DNA of 64,000 nt from an uncultured Bacteroidales bacterium (lineage in GTDB: Bacteria > Bacteroidota > Bacteroidia > Bacteroidales > Muribaculaceae): contig CAMTKF010000002.1 in the NCBI GenBank assembly GCA_947072905.1, forward strand, positions 4,334 to 68,333, in the 5' to 3' direction. Under the pieces are notes generated by a model. The model had not been told where the DNA came from. It ran no database searches and was given only the letters and a program-made list of their open reading frames with translations. A program made the position numbers and the translations under genes. Position 1 is the stretch's first letter. Each line of letters begins with the position of its first letter. This document shows, one piece after another, positions 1-8,883 of the stretch.

Positions 1-255
1 CCATACGATTTTGGCTCAAACGAAAATCAATGGCTTAACAAGAACCGTAAACTCGAGGTTTCGCTCAACGGCTTCACTTACCTTCTGTATATTACCGAGG
101 TATTGCCGGCCGGCTCATCAATGCCGGTTGAGGCAGCCCGTCAACAGATAATCAACCGCTTGCTCAACACTCGCCGCAAGGAATACGAAGATCAGCTTAA
201 GAAAGATTTGCTCAACGAAGCAAAAGAGTCGGGTCGTATAGTAATAAACTTATAA
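1..255 (+). CDS. 3' end of a peptidyl-prolyl isomerase-like protein of the Bacteroidales surA cluster (5' truncated by window)
   Basis: Frame 1 is open from base 1 to TAA at 253-255: ...WLNKNRKLEVSLNGFTYLLYITEVLPAGSSMPVEAARQQIINRLLNTRRKEYEDQLKKDLLNEAKESGRIVINL. Resembles, from memory, the C-terminus of the gene normally just upstream of surA. Not in the ORF track. Confidence 0.6.
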   Translation, partial: PYDFGSNENQWLNKNRKLEVSLNGFTYLLYITEVLPAGSSMPVEAARQQIINRLLNTRRKEYEDQLKKDLLNEAKESGRIVINL

Positions 256-280
256 GAACCGATTCAACATAGATACAGAC

Positions 281-312
281 GAGCCGGAGCAACATTGAGT
301 GTTGTCCGGCTC
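281..312. terminator. Hairpin between convergent genes, likely bidirectional terminator
   Basis: GAGCCGGA-G-CAACA-ttgag-TGTTG-TCCGGCTC inverted repeat between two stop codons. Confidence 0.7.
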
Positions 313-319
313 TTGAAGT

Positions 320-1585
320 TTATTGTGCCGTAAGGGGCAATATCCGGGTAAGATAGTTACGGGCTTCGCCCCAGGGGGTGTACAGATTGGATGAATTAGG
401 GATCAGGGGCACCGGCCGTTCGTTGAGGTCAACTCTTACATAGTACCTGCCGGTGTTGCTTTTGAACAGTATCATCTGCAGGTTGGCTGCCATGGGTACC
501 ACCTCAAAATCCTTCCAGTGCAGTCCCACCGTGTCAAAATAGTTGGTCATATAGTAGCATCCTTTCAGTCGCATGAGCGAGAGCAGGGGCATGAGAGTCT
601 CGGCGTGTCCGAATCGCAGATTGCAAACGGCGGGATTGGTGCCGTTGATAAACCCTTCGGTAGTGGAGATAAGGTCCTGAACAAGTTGTGAGGCTATGTC
701 GGCCGGAACGCTTGAAATTGTTGTAGCCGTGCGTTGCAGATATTGGCGCAGATTGAAACACGACCACAGGGCGTTATATTCTTCTTTTGAAAAATACTTG
801 GCGGCATTCGGCGTTATATTCATGGCTCTGCAGCCTGCAACAACGTAGTATTCGGCAATCGCAAGGTCTCGCATCTCTTCGTCTGAAGCAAAGGGATATC
901 GCTCACCGAGTACCCTCTTTATGGCTGCTGTAGGACAAGCCTGAGTAAAATAATCCTGATATACCGTATTGGTAAGGTTTTCTTTTCTGAACGCCTTGTA
1001 ATCTTCGTCCACGTCAAACGGACGTACGAGAGGCGAATTCATCCTGCCGGTTGAAGTAATGAAATTAATGCGGTTGTCCATGCGGTCGAGCTGGTGCGTG
1101 AAACAGTACATGCTCATCATTACTCGCGGCGAGTATGATGAAATGGCATTTACCGTGGCTCCGTCTTTAAAAATCTCGCCGAAATTATAGAACATGCGGG
1201 TAGCTATGGCGCGTTGTTCGGCCATACCTAATGAATCGAGCGCACCCCAGCGGTTCTCGCTTTCTTTTATCACAAGGTCGTTGAGCTTGGCCAGCTGTCT
1301 TCCGGTAGGGGTAATGGTGCCGAGCGAGTCGGCCTTGGTCAAGGCTTTACGAAGCTTAAGACAATTGGCCGAGGACGCGGGATACCTGGCTCCGTGACGT
1401 CCCACGTGATTTATATATACAGGTTTTAGAGAGTCGGGAAAAACCGCCGGATTAATATCAGTGGGGTATGGAGTCAGCGACCCGTCACATTCGATCATCG
1501 AATAGTCTGTAGCCATAGGATTCTGTCCACATGCCATACCGATAGACATGAGGGCTCCCAAGACAGATAAAAATATTTTGCGCAT
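320..1585 (-). CDS. Histidine acid phosphatase, MINPP-type phytase, exported
   Basis: RHGARYP catalytic motif, GHAE proton-donor motif (HAE rather than HD is typical of the MINPP clade), N-terminal signal peptide. Confidence 0.9.
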   Translation of the reverse strand: MRKIFLSVLGALMSIGMACGQNPMATDYSMIECDGSLTPYPTDINPAVFPDSLKPVYINHVGRHGARYPASSANCLKLRKALTKADSLGTITPTGRQLAKLNDLVIKESENRWGALDSLGMAEQRAIATRMFYNFGEIFKDGATVNAISSYSPRVMMSMYCFTHQLDRMDNRINFITSTGRMNSPLVRPFDVDEDYKAFRKENLTNTVYQDYFTQACPTAAIKRVLGERYPFASDEEMRDLAIAEYYVVAGCRAMNITPNAAKYFSKEEYNALWSCFNLRQYLQRTATTISSVPADIASQLVQDLISTTEGFINGTNPAVCNLRFGHAETLMPLLSLMRLKGCYYMTNYFDTVGLHWKDFEVVPMAANLQMILFKSNTGRYYVRVDLNERPVPLIPNSSNLYTPWGEARNYLTRILPLTAQ

Positions 1586-1654
1586 ATCGTTCAGAAGTTC
1601 TATATTTGTAGTTGTTATTATTATAACGTAAATTTAGCAAAAAATATTTTAATA

Positions 1655-1894
1655 ATGGAATTAAATATAGAAAACCGTGTAAAACAGCTGTCTGCGGCGA
1701 TTGTTGAGTCGCCTCAGGATGATGCGCTGTACTTTGAGCGTGGCAAATTGTATTGGAAGGCCGGTATGCGGGCCGAGGCCATCACCGATTTTAATCAGGC
1801 GGTATCGCTCAACGCCGGTTCGCCCGCGGCCGATTATTTGAAGATGGTCAACGAAATACTTGATTTCTATAATACGGATTTATATAACCCCTGA
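1655..1894 (+). CDS. Small tetratricopeptide-repeat protein
   Basis: TPR pattern LYFERGKLYWKAGMRAEAITDFNQAVSLN; C-terminal ILDFYNTDLYNP tail as in small Bacteroidales TPR proteins. Confidence 0.8.
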   Translation: MELNIENRVKQLSAAIVESPQDDALYFERGKLYWKAGMRAEAITDFNQAVSLNAGSPAADYLKMVNEILDFYNTDLYNP

Positions 1895-1936
1895 AGAAAA
1901 GAAATAGCTTGATTAATCAAGCTATTTCTTTTCTTC
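1893..1936. terminator. Perfect 44-bp palindrome, probable bidirectional terminator
   Basis: GAAGAAAAGAAATAGCTTGATT|AATCAAGCTATTTCTTTTCTTC, two 22-nt arms with no spacer, between convergent stops. Confidence 0.8.
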
Positions 1937-3448
1937 GTCAAATCTTCTTAAACGACCTCTTGTTTTTGAATGAGAGAAGATTTTGTCTTTATTCATCAGC
2001 AGTACCGAGCCGTAAGCTATACCGGCCATAGTGAGGGCGTATGGCTCTATAAGTCCGCCGAATCCGCCGAATCCGGCAATAACATAGAATCCGGCTACAG
2101 ACAGGAAATATCCCGAATATTTAAACTTACGTATAATCCACCACAGGTATATATAGAAAAGTATGTGGATTATAAGTCCGATATAACCGATTGTTAGTAT
2201 TATTTCAAATACAATAACCTCCACACCCACGGCAACTTCCTCTGAGTTGCTGACATCAATATAAAGTTCATTTTCGATTATATACTTTGGGTTGGTAGTT
2301 CTGAATCTGTCGAGGAAGCCGAAGCCGGTCCATTCCTTGTCAAGGTCATAAAGATGCTGCATCTTGGGAATTACCTGAGCGCCGCGGGTAGAGCCCAGCG
2401 CGGCAGCTGTCTCTTCGTCAAGATTACCCGACAGCAGCTGGCCTATCTGGTCAACATGTGATTTGATACGAAGAACAGAGGATGTATACGTGAGTCCGTT
2501 TTCGTATTCTTCAACCTTTTTGTTGCCGGTGATTAATCCGTCTATAAAGTAAAGTACTGTAAATGTAAGAATACAGATAATTGCGTATTTACCTATTTTT
2601 TTGAAATTTCCTTGACTGAGGAAATACACGATTACAAAAGCTACAATCACCGAGAAAGTACGTGTGATATACAGTGAGAGCAGAAATACAATCCAGTAAG
2701 TGGTGCTCAACTTGTAATACTTTGCCATGGGATACACGCATAGTGCCAGGATGAACAAAGTATGAATGGTGCGTCTGAAAAACGCATTGCTTACAGGATT
2801 GATGTTAAGGCTGTAGAATGTGGACGATTCGCCCCATCCGGCAAGGCTTTTGGGGATAAGCAGGTAGCCCCCGAGCAAAACACTGTCTACTATATAGAAA
2901 CAGCAGATGATGAACATATAGATAAACAGATGCCTGAAAAGCTCAAAAATATCGAACTCTTCACCCGAGAAAATAACTATCGGCAGAAAAAGTATGCTGA
3001 TAAGCAGATGGTTGCGCGGCCCGTATATCTGCGATATCATAGGCTCGTCGCTTAGAGATGCCAATACGAAAAGGCATATCGCATAGACAACTATCCCGGC
3101 TATTATTTTCTTGAACAACGGCGGCTTCTTGACTATGACAAGACACACCAATGCCACAATCGCAGCCAAATCCTGGGTTTTGAAATAAATGTCTTCGGTA
3201 TTGTAAAACGAATAGCCGTAAAGCATGAACATAAGCATGATCATGAAATCATACTTGTCCTTTTTAAATTGGCTTATCAATATAACCGGAGCCAGAAGAT
3301 AGCCGAGCGGAAAATGAAGGCCTATCATTGACAGGCTCAGCAAAAATACAAGTGGCCAAAGAATATCCTCGCGTGAGAAACGAAGATATTCCTTGGCTGA
3401 TACTTTTTCTGCGGTTTTCGACGCCGCGTGTGTATCTTTACGGAGCAT
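1922..3448 (-). CDS. Polytopic membrane protein, putative polysaccharide polymerase (Wzy) or O-antigen ligase-like
   Basis: About 11-12 hydrophobic segments with one large loop near the C-terminus; last gene of the wza-wzc operon; looks AT-richer than neighbours. Confidence 0.55.
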   Translation of the reverse strand: MLRKDTHAASKTAEKVSAKEYLRFSREDILWPLVFLLSLSMIGLHFPLGYLLAPVILISQFKKDKYDFMIMLMFMLYGYSFYNTEDIYFKTQDLAAIVALVCLVIVKKPPLFKKIIAGIVVYAICLFVLASLSDEPMISQIYGPRNHLLISILFLPIVIFSGEEFDIFELFRHLFIYMFIICCFYIVDSVLLGGYLLIPKSLAGWGESSTFYSLNINPVSNAFFRRTIHTLFILALCVYPMAKYYKLSTTYWIVFLLSLYITRTFSVIVAFVIVYFLSQGNFKKIGKYAIICILTFTVLYFIDGLITGNKKVEEYENGLTYTSSVLRIKSHVDQIGQLLSGNLDEETAAALGSTRGAQVIPKMQHLYDLDKEWTGFGFLDRFRTTNPKYIIENELYIDVSNSEEVAVGVEVIVFEIILTIGYIGLIIHILFYIYLWWIIRKFKYSGYFLSVAGFYVIAGFGGFGGLIEPYALTMAGIAYGSVLLMNKDKIFSHSKTRGRLRRFDEEKK

Positions 3449-3455
3449 TCCCTTG

Positions 3456-5747
3456 TTATTTGCGTTCGCCGTAGCCGTATGTTTTCTTGGACTTCACGCC
3501 GTTCACTACAATCGAGAGTTTCTTCAGACGCTTGTCTTCATAGATGTCGTCAATGAAGCTTACGTCGGTAGCGCTCGTGTGGTCAAGACGTGTCACATAA
3601 ATTGTGGAGTCGGCTATGCGGTCGAGCGAGAATGTGTCGCTGACAAGGCCCACAGGCGCGCTGTCAACAAAGATATAATCATATTCCTTACGCAGCTCGC
3701 TGAACATCATATCAACCTTCTTTGAAGCTATAAGCTCGGCAGGATTGGGCGGGATAGGACCGGCCACAATTACATCGAGACCGGGAATATCCTTGACGGG
3801 AGATTTTGTGATAATCTTGTTCAAGGGAATATCAGTTGACGACAGGTACTGTGTGAGTCCGAACTGGGGATGTATGTCAATATATTCGGCCAGACGGGGT
3901 GCGCGTATATCCATGCCTATCAGCAGCACTTTCTTGTCAAGCAGTGCGAAGCTGGCGGCGAGGTTTATTGATATGAAGCTCTTGCCTTCGCCTGAGGTTG
4001 ACGAAGTGAGCAGTACAACCTTATCGTTGGCATCGTTGAGCATGAACATAAGACTTGCGCGCATCAAGCGGAAAAGTTCTGTGGCCGATGATGTGCTTGT
4101 GGGAGAAACTACAAGATGGTTTCCGGAGCGGTCGTTGCACATCTCGCCCAAAATCGGAGCATTTGTATTTTTCTCGATATCCTCGCGGCTTTCAACCTTA
4201 TTGCGGATGAGCTTGGCAAGGTAGATATACACCGGAGGTATACACAGGCCAAGGATAAATGCGATGAACAGTATCACTATTTTCTTTAAACCTAATGGTT
4301 TGGATAGAGTGTAAGGCTCATCAACAACAAGACCCTTGGGAGTGGCGTTGGCAAGAAGGATTGCATTTTCTTCCTGACGTTCGAGCAGGAAGAGGTAAAG
4401 TTCCTGCTTCACACGGCGTTGACGCTCCATGTCGATGTAGGTGCGTTCCTGATTGGGGATTTTGCCGAGCGAGCCCGATGTGGTATTCATCTGACGGTAG
4501 AGGTCATTCACTGCCACTTCAGCATTCTTATAAGCCTGTTCTATGGTTGATAGAAGGCTCTGGCGGGTAGCCGCGATGCGGTTGTCGAGACGTTTAAGGG
4601 CCTCGTTCTTGCTGCTTACGGTCTTTATCGCATTATCTCTGCTGATGAGAAGGTCGTTATATTTCTGGATGGCTTCTACCAGGCCCTCAGAATCTACGGT
4701 CATAGGTACGAGCTCATACTTGTTTGCCGGATCCAAAAGGAAGTCTTTTATCATTTTTATGACTTCGAGATTGGTTTTTGCCGGAATGTAGAGCTTTTCA
4801 ACTTCAGCTTTCTTTTTGGTTTGGTACTCAACTTCTACTTCAAGGTCAACTATGCTTTGTTTTTCCTTATAGTTTTGAATCTTACCTTCGGCGTCGCTGA
4901 GGTCTTCCATTAGCAGACCAAGTCGTTTTTCTATAAACTCGGCGGTCTTCTTGCCCTGCATGTTCTTTTCCTTGATACCATGAAGGTTATATTTCTTGAT
5001 AATATCGGCAAGCAGGGCCTCACCAAGCTCGTAGTTGGTGGTGTTGTATGCCATTTCAATGACATTACTCTTCTTATTGGCAATCTCGCTGTATATATCA
5101 AGCGCGTATTCTTCGGCCGCTGCATGATAACCCGTTACAAGTATTGTAGAGGTAACGTCTTTCTTGGGAGGGCAGAACTCGGTCTTGACAACGGTGAATT
5201 TTCCGTATGGAGTCTCGACAGAGTAGGGCAGCTTAACGTTTTTAGCTTTGTCAAGAGTCTTGCGTTTGGCTTTTACGTTTATATCAGCCAAACCGTCCTC
5301 GTTCAATTCCACCTTGAAAGAGATGATTGAGCGCAAGGTATCTGCCACATTATCAGGCATCAACACATCAATAGGGAACTCGGGATAAGCAAGCTCTTTT
5401 TTCATGAAACCGAGCTTCACATAGTGAGTCTTGTTCAGGCCGAGGTCGCGCATCACATCGCGGTATATGGAGTGTGAGGAAATTACGAAAATTTCGTCAT
5501 TTACTTCGCCCGAGGTACCGAAAAGGCTGCCGAAGTCACCGCTAAGCGCCGACAGAGGATTGGCATCCTCCTGCTGTATGAGTACATTGGCCCTTACACC
5601 ATATTCATCATTCCTTACGTAGCAATAGAAGAAAGCTATAGCCACACAAACAAATACAGAAATGACAAAGAGATACCATTTGGAGATATATTGTTTTACA
5701 ACACCACGTATATCTATTATGTCGGATGTTTTATTTCTTTTTGACAT
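3456..5747 (-). CDS. wzc: Polysaccharide co-polymerase / tyrosine autokinase (Wzc/GumC)
   Basis: Two TM helices flanking a coiled-coil periplasmic domain, Walker A SSTSGEGKS, AGPIPPNPAEL, Walker B YIFVDSAP, C-terminal YGYG. Confidence 0.93.
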   Translation of the reverse strand: MSKRNKTSDIIDIRGVVKQYISKWYLFVISVFVCVAIAFFYCYVRNDEYGVRANVLIQQEDANPLSALSGDFGSLFGTSGEVNDEIFVISSHSIYRDVMRDLGLNKTHYVKLGFMKKELAYPEFPIDVLMPDNVADTLRSIISFKVELNEDGLADINVKAKRKTLDKAKNVKLPYSVETPYGKFTVVKTEFCPPKKDVTSTILVTGYHAAAEEYALDIYSEIANKKSNVIEMAYNTTNYELGEALLADIIKKYNLHGIKEKNMQGKKTAEFIEKRLGLLMEDLSDAEGKIQNYKEKQSIVDLEVEVEYQTKKKAEVEKLYIPAKTNLEVIKMIKDFLLDPANKYELVPMTVDSEGLVEAIQKYNDLLISRDNAIKTVSSKNEALKRLDNRIAATRQSLLSTIEQAYKNAEVAVNDLYRQMNTTSGSLGKIPNQERTYIDMERQRRVKQELYLFLLERQEENAILLANATPKGLVVDEPYTLSKPLGLKKIVILFIAFILGLCIPPVYIYLAKLIRNKVESREDIEKNTNAPILGEMCNDRSGNHLVVSPTSTSSATELFRLMRASLMFMLNDANDKVVLLTSSTSGEGKSFISINLAASFALLDKKVLLIGMDIRAPRLAEYIDIHPQFGLTQYLSSTDIPLNKIITKSPVKDIPGLDVIVAGPIPPNPAELIASKKVDMMFSELRKEYDYIFVDSAPVGLVSDTFSLDRIADSTIYVTRLDHTSATDVSFIDDIYEDKRLKKLSIVVNGVKSKKTYGYGERK

Positions 5748-5756
5748 GATGATGAA

Positions 5757-6569
5757 TTATTTTATGGTCAGCGCTATGACGAGAGAGGCTATGACAGAAG
5801 CAGCGCTTACTATGGTTGAAATCACAGTGAGCTTGTATGAATTATTCTGATTGTATTTGGCGTTTTCTTCGCGTATGTTGTTAGGTTCTACGTAGATGTA
5901 GTCGTTCTGGCGAAGGTAGAAATACGGTGAGTTGAGAATGTCTGACGAATTGAGGTCAAGGCGCTTGTAAATCTTTTTGCCGTCTTCCTCGCGTATCAGA
6001 AGCACTCGCGAACGTTCGCCGTAAGGGGTGAGGTCGCCGGCGGCTCCAATGGCTTCGAGAATCGAATATCGGTTTTTTGAAATATAAACAACGCGCGGTG
6101 AGTTTACTTCGCCTGCAACAACTACCGTGAAGTTTATCAGTTCAACCTGCACCAATGCGTCGGAAGCAGCTTCGCGGTGAGCTATTTCTGTGAGCTTGTC
6201 GCGCAGTTCTTCAACCGTCATTCCGGCTACGTGCAGTTTGCCGATTACAGGCATGGTTATATCACCCTTTGAATCAACTATGTATGTTTGTTGCAGGGGT
6301 GTGGTGGTTACTTTGTTGGCAAGGTTTTGCTTCGACCCCGGATTAGTAAGGGGCAGGTTGAATGCGTCTGTAAATTCGGGTGAACTTGGAGATGTAATGG
6401 AGATAAAAAGTTCGTCGTCGGGCTTGATTGTGGTGCTGTATTCTTGCAACTCCAACACTCCTTCGTCTGCTGTAAGATCTGAGAAATAAGGGAGTTGGCT
6501 TTTTGAAGTAGAGCATGATGCAAGCAACGCGGCCCCACATATAATCGAAATGATTGGTTTTATACTCAT
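5757..6569 (-). CDS. wza: Polysaccharide export lipoprotein (Wza/Poly_export + SLBB)
   Basis: Lipobox LLASC, IKPDDELFISI, VDSKGDITMPVIG, VAGEVNSP, LRQNDYIYVEPN, C-terminal helix. Confidence 0.92.
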   Translation of the reverse strand: MSIKPIISIICGAALLASCSTSKSQLPYFSDLTADEGVLELQEYSTTIKPDDELFISITSPSSPEFTDAFNLPLTNPGSKQNLANKVTTTPLQQTYIVDSKGDITMPVIGKLHVAGMTVEELRDKLTEIAHREAASDALVQVELINFTVVVAGEVNSPRVVYISKNRYSILEAIGAAGDLTPYGERSRVLLIREEDGKKIYKRLDLNSSDILNSPYFYLRQNDYIYVEPNNIREENAKYNQNNSYKLTVISTIVSAASVIASLVIALTIK

Positions 6570-6714
6570 GAGTTTTATATTCGATAATATAGTTTTTCAC
6601 TCATTATAACGTTGAATAGCCGGGTTTATTGCATCAGTTCTTCATAATCGGTTTATTTTTTTAAGTAATAAGATGATATAAACTATTTTTTAAATGATTA
6701 CTTAACAACAATAC

Positions 6715-6744
6715 GACGGGACACTGCAAGCGCAATGTCCCGTC
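6715..6744 (-). terminator. Hairpin after serA with weak U-tract
   Basis: 13-bp stem (GACGGGACATTGC/GCAGTGTCCCGTC with one G-U pair on the minus strand), followed by GTATTGTTGTT. Confidence 0.55.
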
Positions 6745-6767
6745 AGATATGATTATTGTTTACAGTA

Positions 6768-7700
6768 TCAGTTCACGCGGAAACGGTCAACACCATCGCG
6801 TATGAAGGCCACTACCTGATTGGCAGCTGCGATGCCGGCGTTGATGTTGGCTTCAGCTGTCTGGGCACCCATCTTCTTGGGTGTGAAGAATACTCGTCCT
6901 GCGAATTTTTCTTCAAGCATTTCGGCATTACCCGGTTTTACATCTGCCACATACTTAAGGTCTGGACGGTCGTTGAGCACGCGAGCCAGGCCTTCTTCGT
7001 CAATGACTTCCTTACGGGCGGTGTTTATCAGCACGCCGCCTTTGGGCATCAGGTTGATGAGGTCGTATCCGATAGAACCGATGGTCTCTTTGGTAGCGGG
7101 AATGTGGATAGATACAAACAGATTGTTCTTGTAGAGTTCTTCTGTGCTGTGTACCGGTTTTACGCCGGCTTCTTCCATAGCCGAGTCGGGGCAATAGGGG
7201 TCAAGAGCCTCAACGTCCATGCCGAAGCCTTTGGCTATGCGGGCCACATTGCGGCCTACCTGGCCGAATGCCTGTATGCCTATATGCTTTCCTTTCAGCT
7301 CAAATCCGGATGTGCCCGAGTACATGTTGCGGGCGGCCATCACTGTCATGCCGAAAACGAGTTCGGCAACAGCGTTTGAATTCTGGCCGGGTGTGTTTTC
7401 GGCCACTACATTATGTTCTGTCGCAGCCTTGAGGTCGATATTGTCGTATCCTGCGCCTGCGCGAACTACAATTTTCAGGTTCTTGGCGGCATCGAGTACT
7501 TCGGCATCAACCTTGTCAGAACGGATGATAAGTCCGTCTACATCTGCCACTGCTTTGAGCAAGTCGGCCTTATCGGTATATTTTTCGAGGAGCACGAGTT
7601 CATAACCGGCGTTTTCCACAACCTCGCGTATGCCGTTGACTGCGGCAGCTGCAAAGGGTTTTTCAGTAGCTACTAAGACTTTAGTCATTTCTTCGGGCAT
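6768..7700 (-). CDS. serA: D-3-phosphoglycerate dehydrogenase (short Bacteroidales type)
   Basis: VVRAGAGYDNID, NTPGQNSNAVAEL, INTARKEVIDE; directly follows serC. Confidence 0.92.
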   Translation of the reverse strand: MPEEMTKVLVATEKPFAAAAVNGIREVVENAGYELVLLEKYTDKADLLKAVADVDGLIIRSDKVDAEVLDAAKNLKIVVRAGAGYDNIDLKAATEHNVVAENTPGQNSNAVAELVFGMTVMAARNMYSGTSGFELKGKHIGIQAFGQVGRNVARIAKGFGMDVEALDPYCPDSAMEEAGVKPVHSTEELYKNNLFVSIHIPATKETIGSIGYDLINLMPKGGVLINTARKEVIDEEGLARVLNDRPDLKYVADVKPGNAEMLEEKFAGRVFFTPKKMGAQTAEANINAGIAAANQVVAFIRDGVDRFRVN

Positions 7701-8771
7701 TTAATGTTTGTATTCAAAGTCTTTCATTGCTTCGATAAGCACCTTTACGCTTTCGAGGGGGAGAGCGTTGTAGAGCGAAGCGCGGAAACCGCCTACGCTT
7801 CTGTGTCCTTTGATACCTACGATGCCGCGGTCTGCGCAGAATTCCACGAAGTCTTTTTCAAGTTCCTTGTATTCGGGTTTCATTACGAAGCAAACGTTCA
7901 TGATCGAGCGGTCGTTGGGGTCGGTAACCGTGCCTTCAAACATTTTGCTTTCGTCAATGGCATTATACAGGGCTGCTGCCTTCTCGAGGTCGCGGCGTTC
8001 AAGTTCCTTAAGGCCGCCGAGCTGCTTGTAGTAGCGCAGTGTCTGCAATGCTGAGTAGATGGGTAGCACCGGAGGAGTGTTGAACATAGAGCCCTTCTTG
8101 ATATGTGTGCGATAGTCAAGCATGGTGGGAATGGCACGTTCAACATGGCCGAGAGCGTCGTCGCGCACGATTGCGAGTGTGACGCCGGCAGGTGCGAGGT
8201 TCTTCTGCGCGCCGGCATATACGGCTATGTACTTTGACCAGTCGATTGGACGCGAGAAGATGTCAGAGCTCATATCGCAGATCATGGGTACTGATACTTC
8301 AGGATCCTTACGTATTTCAGTACCGTAGATGGTATTGTTTGATGTGTAGTGGAAGTATTCAGAGCCTTCGGCTATCTTCCAATCTTTGGGTATATATGTG
8401 TAGTTGGCGTCTTTTGATGAAGCAACTACATCAACTTCGCCAAACAGGCGTGCTTCTTTGATGGCGTTGGATGCCCATGTGCCGGTGTCGATATACGAAG
8501 CTTTCTTGTTGAGGAAGTTGTAGGGAATCATGCAGAACTGCATCGAGGCACCGCCACCGAGCCATAGAACTGAGAACCCTTCGGGAATTTCAAGAATTTC
8601 CTTGACCAGAGCGGTCGCTTCGTCGATCACGGCCTGGAATTCTTTACTGCGGTGTGATACTTCCAGAACTGAAAGGCCGGTGTCGGCAAAGTTCAGGATT
8701 GCTTCAGCGGTATTTTTGATAGTATACTCGCTCAGGATCGAGGGTCCTGCATAAAAGTTATGTTTTTTCAT
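7701..8771 (-). CDS. serC: Phosphoserine aminotransferase
   Basis: [42 protein letters not shown] (PLP lysine), [16 protein letters not shown]. Confidence 0.97.
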   Translation of the reverse strand: MKKHNFYAGPSILSEYTIKNTAEAILNFADTGLSVLEVSHRSKEFQAVIDEATALVKEILEIPEGFSVLWLGGGASMQFCMIPYNFLNKKASYIDTGTWASNAIKEARLFGEVDVVASSKDANYTYIPKDWKIAEGSEYFHYTSNNTIYGTEIRKDPEVSVPMICDMSSDIFSRPIDWSKYIAVYAGAQKNLAPAGVTLAIVRDDALGHVERAIPTMLDYRTHIKKGSMFNTPPVLPIYSALQTLRYYKQLGGLKELERRDLEKAAALYNAIDESKMFEGTVTDPNDRSIMNVCFVMKPEYKELEKDFVEFCADRGIVGIKGHRSVGGFRASLYNALPLESVKVLIEAMKDFEYKH

Positions 8772-8820
8772 ACCCGTTAAGATGTTAGGTGATATTTTAT
8801 TCAGTTTTGGGTTATAGGGG

Positions 8821-8828
8821 CAAATTTA
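8821..8828 (-). promoter_or_regulatory. Bacteroidetes primary-sigma -7 box for serC
   Basis: TAAATTTG (consensus TAnnTTTG) about 50 nt upstream of the serC ATG. Confidence 0.65.
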
Positions 8829-8883
8829 ATGCACAAATTTGAAAATACCAAACAAAACGGGATTAAAATAATGTAATATGTTT

